Virus record (IMG/VR): IMGVR_UViG_3300031949_000092
Coordinates: 1 to 40,442 of that record
From: a virus
DNA length: 40,442 bases
Direction: 5' to 3' (one strand)
Shown here piece by piece: positions 9,002 through 16,458 of the stretch. Every line of letters starts with the position of its first letter. Positions within the stretch are counted from its first letter, which is position 1. The notes under the pieces are model-generated. The model saw nothing but the letters and a program-made list of their open reading frames with translations, searched no databases and was not told where the DNA came from. The translations under genes and the position numbers were made by a program.

Positions 9002-9271
9002 TTAATTACTTACTTCTAATTGCGGTTTGGGTTCCATTTTCTCGTCAGTTTTCGGTTCGGCTTTAGGAAGTTCGTCTTTATAGGAGAGTTTTATGGCGGG
9101 CCGCTTATCGACTGCATAAACTAGGTTCTCGACCACTGGTACCAATACCTGTGATTCTTGGACAATTAAGATAATGTTATTCACTCTTAGGAAGTTAGCC
9201 AGAAGCTGGTCTGCGGGAACTCTTTTTGGTTTTGCGGTTTCTTCCGCTTTTTTGGCGTTTTTATCTGCCAT
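9002..9271 (-). CDS. Hypothetical structural-module protein
   Basis: 89-aa ORF with a leaderless-type promoter at its ATG. Confidence 0.6.
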   Translation of the reverse strand: MADKNAKKAEETAKPKRVPADQLLANFLRVNNIILIVQESQVLVPVVENLVYAVDKRPAIKLSYKDELPKAEPKTDEKMEPKPQLEVSN

Positions 9272-9286
9272 ATTTAATTATAACAC
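9272..9286 (-). promoter_or_regulatory. Extended -10 promoter fused to the ATG (GTGTTATAATTAAAT-ATG)
   Basis: Identical to the copies at 2709 and 13966. The upstream TAG stop overlaps its first G. Confidence 0.65.
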
Positions 9287-9819
9287 TATTGTGCTGTTAC
9301 TGCTGCATCGGAACTCAAAGGAAGCCATCTAAGGAAAAACTCTATGACTCCGCTTGTCGGTTCTGTAGTTGTTGTATAAACATATTCTATATCGGTATTA
9401 GCTCCATTTTTAGCTACTATTACGAATGGTGAATGATAAAGTGTCTCAAGCGTGGTGGGTTCTGTTATCCTGCCTGCCGCTGATGTTGAAAGTGTCAGAG
9501 CCGCTGCGGCTAAACCTTTCTTAACAAGGAGCGAACCAACCGCTGCTGAAGATACTGTAGTTCCTGTATTAAGAGTTATGTTAACTTGCGCCGTTTGGTC
9601 GTTTAACCTCCAATAAGCTGCCGTTTGGTTTGAACCAAGAACTGTGGTTACAACTCCGTATAAAGCCCTAACTTCAATATTCCCAGTAATTCTCCACAAA
9701 GGAATCACATCGGTTTCATTACTTCCGTCAGTTGTTTTTGAAACCCTTGAAGTAAGTCCGTCTTCTGTTATCGGAACCACATTTGCATCCCTCCAAAAAG
9801 AATCAGCTAGAGTTGGCAT
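9286..9819 (-). CDS. Hypothetical virion protein
   Basis: 177-aa ORF rich in Thr, Ala and Ser, located in the structural module. Confidence 0.65.
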   Translation of the reverse strand: MPTLADSFWRDANVVPITEDGLTSRVSKTTDGSNETDVIPLWRITGNIEVRALYGVVTTVLGSNQTAAYWRLNDQTAQVNITLNTGTTVSSAAVGSLLVKKGLAAAALTLSTSAAGRITEPTTLETLYHSPFVIVAKNGANTDIEYVYTTTTEPTSGVIEFFLRWLPLSSDAAVTAQ

Positions 9820-9835
9820 AATTTAATTATATCAC
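9820..9835 (-). promoter_or_regulatory. Extended -10 promoter fused to the ATG (GTGATATAATTAAATT-ATG)
   Basis: TGnTATAAT with 6 nt to the ATG at 9819. The TAA stop of the upstream gene lies inside the TATAAT hexamer. Confidence 0.65.
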
Positions 9836-10048
9836 TTTCTCTTTTAACCTTATCAGTTTAATTGTTTCACCGAAAGCTTTGTAAATATTGTGCCAGAGGC
9901 TCATTAAACGAGTTAGATTGTCAGTTTGCTCAATCGTGAAGTTATAAGTATCGGAGAATTTATAAGAAGCGACACCATCATCGTTGAACTCAATTTCACC
10001 TTCAATAATTAGTCCGTCAAATTCCAACTTGAAGTCGTGAGTGTACAT
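9827..10048 (-). CDS. Hypothetical protein
   Basis: 73-aa ORF with a leaderless-type promoter at its ATG. Confidence 0.6.
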   Translation of the reverse strand: MYTHDFKLEFDGLIIEGEIEFNDDGVASYKFSDTYNFTIEQTDNLTRLMSLWHNIYKAFGETIKLIRLKEKVI

Positions 10049-10064
10049 TAACTAATTATAGCAC
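10049..10064 (-). promoter_or_regulatory. Extended -10 promoter fused to the ATG (GTGCTATAATTAGTTA-ATG)
   Basis: Identical to the copy at 7068. Confidence 0.65.
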
Positions 10065-10071
10065 TATGAAG

Positions 10072-11073
10072 TTAATCTTCGTCTACATAGACCTCTGTAG
10101 CGTTCAAGGTGCTTCTGTAATTACCAGAGTGAATATCTGTTGCTAATACGTCCATCATGTTTGTGCAAGCGAAGTAGTTTCCACAAAGAGAAGTTACACC
10201 AGTTGCTCCCGCAGGAATACGAACTGCTGCTGCGAAAGTATTGGCACTATCTCTGAAAGAATTATCTCTTATAAGAGTTCCAACCGTTGTTGACGCTGCG
10301 TAAAAGTCAATTCCGTAGTCAGTACCGTCACTTGCTTCAAATTCATTCCTTCTAATAACTGGTCTCTGAACTGTCCTTCCACCGCCTGGTGTTATATAAA
10401 TTCCTGCGTTATCCCACTCTTCAAAGATATTGTCCTCAATAAGGACGTTTGCTGAGCACCCGTCAAGCACTAATCCGTAAGTTCCTTCATTTCCGCCTCT
10501 AAATACACAGTCGTGAACCCAGCAGTTTGCAGAGTTTCCGCCACTCCCCGTCTTTCCTGAACCTGTTACATTCACACCGTCACCGATATACATACCTCCG
10601 TATCCGCCTCCACCGTCAAAAAGGAATCCTGCTACCTCGCAGCTTCTTGCCATTAGCAAAAATGAAAATCCGCTCACGCTCACGTTTCCAACCATAGGAT
10701 ACTTAGTTGTTGCGTCACCCGGTCTGAATTGGTTTTCCCATCCGTAAGTTGCCGAATAAATCCTAACAGTTGGAGTTGTAACTAATACATTTTCCTTCCA
10801 CTTGCCTTGAGTCGAGGATGCCGGCATTACAATAACCGTATCGCTCCTATCTGCCTCACAAGCATCATGGGCTGCCTGAATTGAAGTTTGAACAGCCGTT
10901 GAACCGTCTGGGTAAGTTACATCATGTTCTGCCTTGAACCTGTCATATTCTGCATGGTCTGAGTGAATGGCATAATAGACATTACCCCAGGGATTGAATC
11001 CACCGCCCACGGTGTCACTACCGAGCCATTTTGCTCCTCTATGTACTGCTGGAAAATAATTTCTTGCTAACAT
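10072..11073 (-). CDS. Right-handed parallel beta-helix (pectate-lyase-fold) protein; candidate tailspike or depolymerase
   Basis: Repeated PbH1-like turns are visible: NCWVHDCVFRGGNEG.., ANVLIEDNIFEEWDNAGIY.., PVIRRNEFEAS.., TLIRDNSFRD. Confidence 0.6.
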   Translation of the reverse strand: MLARNYFPAVHRGAKWLGSDTVGGGFNPWGNVYYAIHSDHAEYDRFKAEHDVTYPDGSTAVQTSIQAAHDACEADRSDTVIVMPASSTQGKWKENVLVTTPTVRIYSATYGWENQFRPGDATTKYPMVGNVSVSGFSFLLMARSCEVAGFLFDGGGGYGGMYIGDGVNVTGSGKTGSGGNSANCWVHDCVFRGGNEGTYGLVLDGCSANVLIEDNIFEEWDNAGIYITPGGGRTVQRPVIRRNEFEASDGTDYGIDFYAASTTVGTLIRDNSFRDSANTFAAAVRIPAGATGVTSLCGNYFACTNMMDVLATDIHSGNYRSTLNATEVYVDED

Positions 11074-11075
11074 AT

Positions 11076-11210
11076 TTAAACCTTTCCTGTCCCTTCACAA
11101 TTCGGACAATCGCTTCCATCTTCTAACTTACCTGATTCACACTCAGGACAAATACCATCAGAGATTTTTACTTCTAATTTCTCTTTTTTTTCTTTCTTTT
11201 TACCTGCCAT
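11076..11210 (-). CDS. 44-aa zinc-ribbon protein (CPEC...CPNC), not in the ORF track
   Basis: ATG at 11210, and the frame checked open to the TAA at 11078-11076. It has a Lys/Glu-rich N-terminus and two CxxC pairs. Confidence 0.55.
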   Translation of the reverse strand: MAGKKKEKKEKLEVKISDGICPECESGKLEDGSDCPNCEGTGKV

Positions 11211-11215
11211 AAATT

Positions 11216-11249
11216 AAAAAAGCACCTCGTAAGGTGCTAATTCCTTACG
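11216..11249 (-). terminator. Intrinsic terminator with an overlapping alternative (antiterminator-like) hairpin
   Basis: Minus strand reads CGTAAGG-AATTAGCA-CCTTACG-AGGTGCT-TTTTT. The hairpins AGCACCT/AGGTGCT (followed by a U-run) and CGTAAGG/CCTTACG are mutually exclusive. Confidence 0.7.
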
Positions 11250-11307
11250 GTATCCTGAATATTAAGCAAAAGCTTTTTTGGTTTTTAAACCGCTCTCGTC
11301 AATACCG

Positions 11308-12039
11308 TTATCTGTCTATCTCTAAGTAAACTAATGGGTATTCTGTTGCTACTACTGTGGTCGGTCCAGTTACACCGAACATTGGCTCGGTTACTGCGTC
11401 AACTACTTCGTATTGTCCCGTTCCGGTTCCTGCTCCGAATGTTATCTTGGAACCGATTTGGTCGTTTGCCTCGTCAGCCCATACTGAGCAAGGTCCCCAG
11501 GTTTGGATGTATCCATATTCACTTGTTCCAAGTCCGCCTACCATTATCGGGACTCCTGCCGGAACATAAGTTTGAGTTGTACTACTTTGAACCAGAAGCT
11601 TGTCATATCTGTTGTAAACAAGGTCTGCGTTTGCCTCAGATACTGCTCCTGCGGTATCAACAGCTTCCTTTAAGAAAACCTCAAGTGTTCCGCTTGTAGA
11701 AGATTGAGCATTGTGACCTTCAATCGGATATGCCCTGCCCTCTCCTGTTCCGTCATTCACTACCAGCCAGCCGTCCTTGTATTGCTCTGCCGTTGCCGCC
11801 GTACCTCCGAGAGTTACTTTGACGCTTTTGTCGTTTACCGCCGGTGCTGTCTGGAAAGAAAGGTTATTATGATTAGCAATTGCTGCCGCTCCCGCTCCCA
11901 ACTTGCCTCTACCTATTGCGGTTGCGCAGAAAGCATAATGAAACACTCTGCCGAAAGCATCCTCGTAGCGCGTACCTAAAGATACTTGTCCTGCCGTTGT
12001 TCCTTGTGCTCCTGGTAATATTGCTGCTAGTTTACTCAT
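11308..12039 (-). CDS. Auxiliary head protein (decoration or cement candidate)
   Basis: 243 aa, starting 1 nt after the MCP stop. AGGAG lies 6 nt upstream of its ATG, and a terminator follows the gene. Confidence 0.55.
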   Translation of the reverse strand: MSKLAAILPGAQGTTAGQVSLGTRYEDAFGRVFHYAFCATAIGRGKLGAGAAAIANHNNLSFQTAPAVNDKSVKVTLGGTAATAEQYKDGWLVVNDGTGEGRAYPIEGHNAQSSTSGTLEVFLKEAVDTAGAVSEANADLVYNRYDKLLVQSSTTQTYVPAGVPIMVGGLGTSEYGYIQTWGPCSVWADEANDQIGSKITFGAGTGTGQYEVVDAVTEPMFGVTGPTTVVATEYPLVYLEIDR

Positions 12040-12040
12040 A

Positions 12041-13150
12041 TTAGACTCCTGTTATTGAATGGCCTTGACCGTTTACGTTTGGCCTCCAAGTTGCGATTTG
12101 ACCGATTACATAGAATCTTGCGATTGTTCCTGCCTGGTCGGGCATCATAAGGGGCGGTTGATAAAACCATCCGTTAAAGTTTGAGGGCATTTCCGCTTGT
12201 GCCAAACTCTCCGTTGCGTCTAAAGAACCCAGGTTTACTTTTTCAAGTCCAAGTTTTGCGTATTCGCTCGGTACTACCGTTCTTCCGAACCATCCGAGGG
12301 AATCTTCATTTAATTTATACCAAACAGCAGATGTCGCCTTTTTGTCCTTGATTACCGGCATTCCCCTGTGGTGGAGTGAAAGGAATCCTGCCGCTCCGCC
12401 CAATTTAGCATCAGCAGAACCCTCTCCTCTGACGCTCATCCTTGGAAAACCGCCTGAGTTGTAGTTGGCCCTGACCTGAGGGTCTAAAAGTTCCTCGTAA
12501 AGACTCCAAACTGCAAAAGTTGTTAAGTTAAGATTAGGTACTGCCGCGGCCTCTCCGCCCTTTGCGCAAGCGTCATCCAAAGTAGCAAGCTTGGCTAGAG
12601 TCATTGTTCCCCAGCTTGTGTAGGTTGCATCCAAGACGTCGTAGCTTGACCTTGTTTGTCCCCCGATTGTCGCTGCATTGGTTCCGTTGTCAACTATTGC
12701 CTGAAGGCCGTTTGGAGTATCTCCTGCTCCCGTCCCGTAAGCTGCCTCGGCTATCGCATCAACAGCTTCAAGTGCAGCCTCTTCATACTTATAGGCATCC
12801 AAAGGAATAACTCCCTCCGGTCCTGCGTTTGCGAAAGACTCTAACATTATGCTCACTTTGGGCTGCGTTCCTGCTGTGTGGGCGAATGAAAGAGTTATTT
12901 CATTGTCTTCTGCTGAAGAGTTTAAATTCTCAAGTCCGGTAAACCATTCAAATTGCGAGGATTGCTGGTACTTAATTGTCCAGTCCATTACAACTCCCCT
13001 GAATGGCTTTGCCTTGCCCATCAATCGGGAAAGATAAGTCGGAGCTTCTAATATAGTATCTACGACTTTCCCATGAAGCGCTCGTAATGTTTTACCCTCT
13101 ACTCTGTTTGAAGGGTTGATTCCATCGGGCGTTGTTGAAAATCCTGCCAT
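12041..13150 (-). CDS. Major capsid protein (HK97-fold type, inferred)
   Basis: 369 aa, positioned after the portal and scaffold genes. Size and composition are typical, but no search was run. Confidence 0.7.
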   Translation of the reverse strand: MAGFSTTPDGINPSNRVEGKTLRALHGKVVDTILEAPTYLSRLMGKAKPFRGVVMDWTIKYQQSSQFEWFTGLENLNSSAEDNEITLSFAHTAGTQPKVSIMLESFANAGPEGVIPLDAYKYEEAALEAVDAIAEAAYGTGAGDTPNGLQAIVDNGTNAATIGGQTRSSYDVLDATYTSWGTMTLAKLATLDDACAKGGEAAAVPNLNLTTFAVWSLYEELLDPQVRANYNSGGFPRMSVRGEGSADAKLGGAAGFLSLHHRGMPVIKDKKATSAVWYKLNEDSLGWFGRTVVPSEYAKLGLEKVNLGSLDATESLAQAEMPSNFNGWFYQPPLMMPDQAGTIARFYVIGQIATWRPNVNGQGHSITGV

Positions 13151-13160
13151 GTTTTATTCC

Positions 13161-13186
13161 AAAAAAAATCGGCTCCGTTGAGCCGA
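13161..13186 (-). terminator. Hairpin plus U8 between the scaffold and MCP genes
   Basis: Minus strand reads TCGGCTC-AACG-GAGCCGA followed by TTTTTTTT, ending 10 nt before the MCP ATG. Confidence 0.65.
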
Positions 13187-13205
13187 CTATTTTGTCGTTA
13201 GTATT

Positions 13206-13234
13206 ATTGTAAACTATCTGTCAAATATTAGCAA
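13206..13234 (-). promoter_or_regulatory. Sigma70-like promoter TTGCTA-N17-TACAAT upstream of the MCP leader hairpin
   Basis: -35 at 13234-13229, a 17-nt spacer, and -10 at 13211-13206. Confidence 0.45.
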
Positions 13235-13239
13235 ATCAG

Positions 13240-13965
13240 CTAGATATTGCCTGCCGCTATCTCTTCAAAGCTCTTCTCTTTTATATCCTTGTACTTAAAG
13301 CTTTCCCCTGTTTCCCTTACTTGGGTATTGCCGCTTATCGGTAAATCTGCCCCCGGCGGTCCTTCCAAAACTTGCGGGTGTGCGACCAATATATCTGAAA
13401 TGCTGGGAGTGTATTCAATCCCCTGTGACCTGTTTTGCTCAATCATCTTGCCTATAGCCAGAATAAGTTTCTTTCTTGCGTCATATCCGGCGTCGCCTTC
13501 TTTGGCCTCTTTCATTTGAGGAACTTTGCCTAGCTTCGAAAGCTGGTTGTACTGCGTGTACCAGCCTTGTACTATTCCGTTTATCCTCTCCTGCCTTTGT
13601 GTTTCGGATTGCTTTTCTTCCTTCTCGCCCTCCTCCTCCAGTTTGGCGAACCTTTGCTCCAGTTGCTCATTTACTATCTTTTTAAGAGCATCGGCATCTG
13701 TTGGTAGGGCTTCCTCTTGCTTCTTAGTCAGTCCAAGAGCATCTCCTATCTTCTGGATGACGGATTTGCTTACTTCCTGACTTACAACGCCCGATACGTC
13801 CTTAGTAATTGAATCTTTTAATGAAGCTACCTGCTCGTCTGAAAGTTGCGCTTGCGGTGTAGTCTGAGGTTGTTTCTCGCCTTGAGGTTGAACTTCCTTA
13901 GTCGGAACTTCCTTTGGTATCTCTTGGCCTTTATCCTCATTATTTTGAGCTTTATCGTCAGCCAT
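13240..13965 (-). CDS. Scaffolding protein
   Basis: 241 aa, highly charged (E, K, Q) and helical in character, located between the portal and MCP genes. Confidence 0.65.
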   Translation of the reverse strand: MADDKAQNNEDKGQEIPKEVPTKEVQPQGEKQPQTTPQAQLSDEQVASLKDSITKDVSGVVSQEVSKSVIQKIGDALGLTKKQEEALPTDADALKKIVNEQLEQRFAKLEEEGEKEEKQSETQRQERINGIVQGWYTQYNQLSKLGKVPQMKEAKEGDAGYDARKKLILAIGKMIEQNRSQGIEYTPSISDILVAHPQVLEGPPGADLPISGNTQVRETGESFKYKDIKEKSFEEIAAGNI

Positions 13966-13980
13966 ATTTAATTATAACAC
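13966..13980 (-). promoter_or_regulatory. Extended -10 promoter fused to the ATG (GTGTTATAATTAAAT-ATG)
   Basis: Identical to the copies at 2709 and 9272. Confidence 0.65.
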
Positions 13981-13982
13981 AT

Positions 13983-14144
13983 TTAAGCAGTTGCTTTGTG
14001 AACTGCTTCCATATGTTCATCCATCTTGGTAGGTTTCTTCCCACCCTTGATTAACCCGAATAATCCTTTTTGCTTTTTGCTGAGAGGTCTACCATTAGCC
14101 ATTCCCTCTTTTAACATTATTCCCGCCTTGTGTGGACTTAACAT
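13983..14144 (-). CDS. 53-aa Lys-rich protein, not in the ORF track
   Basis: The frame checked open from the ATG at 14144 to the TAA at 13985-13983. It has its own leaderless-type promoter. Confidence 0.5.
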   Translation of the reverse strand: MLSPHKAGIMLKEGMANGRPLSKKQKGLFGLIKGGKKPTKMDEHMEAVHKATA

Positions 14145-14159
14145 GATTTATTATAACAC
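14145..14159 (-). promoter_or_regulatory. Extended -10 promoter fused to the ATG (GTGTTATAATAAATC-ATG)
   Basis: TGnTATAAT with 5 nt to the ATG at 14144. Confidence 0.6.
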
Positions 14160-14166
14160 TAAGTTT

Positions 14167-16134
14167 CTAACGATTAAAAAGCTTGCTAATCGCACCCGTC
14201 GCTTTTCCAATCAGATTACGAGGCGAACCGCTGGGTACTTCACTAACCGCCTGTGGATTCTGAGGTGAGGGTTGCATTGGTGGTTGGGGTTGGTAAGGCC
14301 CTTGAGGATTACCGAAACTCATTAAGTTCTGTTGATTCATTCCCATTACTTGGTTGGCCACGTCCTGTAACTCCATTCCCTTAGCATACTTTTGGATATA
14401 CATTTCGGGGTTGGTCTGGAACATAAAAAGCATCTCGGCTCTTTTTTCGGCGTCGGTTCTACCTACATCTTGGAAGTAGTTAATAGGGTCGATTAAACCT
14501 AGAGTTGCTTCTTCTTTCGCCATGCGCTCTCGTTTTAGTTTGTCCGTTCCCGATGCCTTGATTGACACTTCCAGTCCATCCTCAATAACATCTGAAGTTA
14601 ACCTTTCTTGAACTTCTCCTCCTTGCCTACCTATTAGTAATTGAAAGTGCTGTGAAGTGTACCTCAATTTAAACATGTGCAAGAGTGCCTCGGCCATCTC
14701 TGTCGCTACCTTGTTTATAGCCAAATCAGAGAAATCATCGGCAATCGTAAAACTTGCCTCTCTTTGGATTTGGGTAGTTGTGGCAACGTCGCTTGTCAGC
14801 TCACCGCTTGCCGCACCCGATATATGAAGTTTCTCCTTCACTCTTTGCTTAGTCCTTTCCAAGTCACCGAACATGGCTTGGCTTGGCTGCTCCTTTTTAA
14901 TGAATGCGTGTACTTCTCCCAAATTGCCGTCTACGACAATATCCTCATCGGGGTCGTTCAAGTCCATCTCCTCAATGGTTTCCTTTTTAAGGCCGGACAT
15001 CGTTGAAAAGACGTGCTTGCCCCTCGCGTCGTCTATCATCTTGGTTATCTGCATTCCACGAGTGTCGTAATTGTCCTGAAGAAGCCTGTTCTCCTCTATG
15101 CGTGATATTTCGTCAAAAGCCGACTCGCCGTATTGCTCATAGCCCATGAATATAAACGGCTTCCTCGGCTTCCCGAAGTAGTTTCTGTAAACAGTCTTCA
15201 TCTCAACACCCGGAACCTGCATACCCATCATCGAGATTTGTGGTAGCATCTCATCCGATACCGGCTTTCCGTTGAAGAACGGCTTTTCCTCGCCGTCCCA
15301 GTCCCAGTTGGGGTTCTTCCTCTTGTCTAAGATGCTCTTCTCGCCCTTGCCGGCTTTCCAGAGTATCCCGCTCATGCTCTCGAACTCCGGCTCTTTGGGG
15401 TCGAAGTTCTCGGCCTTTTCTTTCCAGTCGAACCATATCTCCTGCACTTTTAAGTCGAACGCCCGACCCTCCTCGTCGTTGGTTTCCTTCCAACCTTTAT
15501 CCCTTGCGAAGTCCTTTAACTCATCCTCTTTCTCAGGGAATAAGATTATCCAATCGTAAAGGCACCTCTCTACCTCGTGGATGATGAGCTTCATGTATCT
15601 TTCGTTATTCTTGGTGGCGGAGGTGTCTATCTTTATATACTTAGCCGGTATGACTTCCCACTCAATATCGCCCAGCTTGCCCTTGCTTGAATTCCAGTAG
15701 TATTTAATTACTCCGGTTAAATCTAATGAATGCCGCCTGAAAGCTAGAGTAAGAAGTTGTTTAAGCTCGTCGCTTTGAAGAGTCTTGTTTACAGCCTCGC
15801 TGATTAAGTCGGCAACTTCGGTGGAAACCTGTGATTCAGCGCCGGGGTTAACGATTATGTCGGGAAGCCTCGAAAGGACTAAGGTACGAAGCGTGTCCTC
15901 GCCTTCCTTGATTACATTGTCTATGTACTTCTTCTCGTAGGTTTTTAATTCAACGTCATCTAACTGCCTGCCGAATAAATACTTTGTGTTGGTTTTGCGT
16001 CTTTCGGTAAGTTTCTTGGTCTTATCAAATTCGTCGTATTTCTTCTCGTACTGCTCAATAAAGAAAGCCAGCTTTTTATCCTCTAAGTCGAGATTTAATA
16101 CAGGGGCCGCCTCTTTTCCTTGTTCTTCTTCCAT
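14167..16134 (-). CDS. Portal protein
   Basis: 655 aa, located downstream of TerL (a 96-aa ORF intervenes) and upstream of the scaffold and MCP genes. It has a Pro/Gln-rich C-terminal tail. Confidence 0.75.
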   Translation of the reverse strand: MEEEQGKEAAPVLNLDLEDKKLAFFIEQYEKKYDEFDKTKKLTERRKTNTKYLFGRQLDDVELKTYEKKYIDNVIKEGEDTLRTLVLSRLPDIIVNPGAESQVSTEVADLISEAVNKTLQSDELKQLLTLAFRRHSLDLTGVIKYYWNSSKGKLGDIEWEVIPAKYIKIDTSATKNNERYMKLIIHEVERCLYDWIILFPEKEDELKDFARDKGWKETNDEEGRAFDLKVQEIWFDWKEKAENFDPKEPEFESMSGILWKAGKGEKSILDKRKNPNWDWDGEEKPFFNGKPVSDEMLPQISMMGMQVPGVEMKTVYRNYFGKPRKPFIFMGYEQYGESAFDEISRIEENRLLQDNYDTRGMQITKMIDDARGKHVFSTMSGLKKETIEEMDLNDPDEDIVVDGNLGEVHAFIKKEQPSQAMFGDLERTKQRVKEKLHISGAASGELTSDVATTTQIQREASFTIADDFSDLAINKVATEMAEALLHMFKLRYTSQHFQLLIGRQGGEVQERLTSDVIEDGLEVSIKASGTDKLKRERMAKEEATLGLIDPINYFQDVGRTDAEKRAEMLFMFQTNPEMYIQKYAKGMELQDVANQVMGMNQQNLMSFGNPQGPYQPQPPMQPSPQNPQAVSEVPSGSPRNLIGKATGAISKLFNR

Positions 16135-16150
16135 TATTTAATTATAGCAC
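16135..16150 (-). promoter_or_regulatory. Extended -10 promoter fused to the ATG (GTGCTATAATTAAATA-ATG)
   Basis: TGnTATAAT with 6 nt to the portal ATG. Confidence 0.65.
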
Positions 16151-16151
16151 T

Positions 16152-16442
16152 CTAGTTGACTTCGGGATTTCTTGTGTGAACCAGTCCAGCAAAGGTATAG
16201 TACATTCCGCAATTTTCCCAAGTGCCGTCGCGTCTTTGAACCGAGCCTTTGCATTTTAAAGTAGTATTGGGTATGTATGGAGAACCTCCAGGGACTATCT
16301 GAATTGCGTCGCCCTCGTACTCTATTATCGGTATGCGGCAATTAAAACAGAAGAACATCTTGCGCTTGTCGCCAAAGGCTTCGTTCTCGGAGTCTAACCA
16401 AATCACAACGGATTTTTTGATGCCTGGAGCTGACTTGCTCAT
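16152..16442 (-). CDS. Hypothetical Cys-containing protein between TerL and portal
   Basis: 96-aa ORF with CFNC plus two distal Cys residues. A leaderless-type promoter sits at its ATG. Confidence 0.6.
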   Translation of the reverse strand: MSKSAPGIKKSVVIWLDSENEAFGDKRKMFFCFNCRIPIIEYEGDAIQIVPGGSPYIPNTTLKCKGSVQRRDGTWENCGMYYTFAGLVHTRNPEVN

Positions 16443-16458
16443 TAATTAATTGTATCAC
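16443..16458 (-). promoter_or_regulatory. Extended -10 promoter fused to the ATG (GTGATACAATTAATTA-ATG)
   Basis: TGnTACAAT with 6 nt to the ATG. The TG is supplied by the TGA stop of TerL. Confidence 0.6.

Noticed and set aside
15251-15493. Alternative-frame minus-strand ORFs nested in larger genes (15251-15493 in portal, 16138-16341, 2724-2948, 23565-23753, 35290-35478)
   Set aside because: They are out-of-frame overlaps within stronger ORFs. Their Arg/Gly-rich or otherwise atypical sequences point to chance ORFs.
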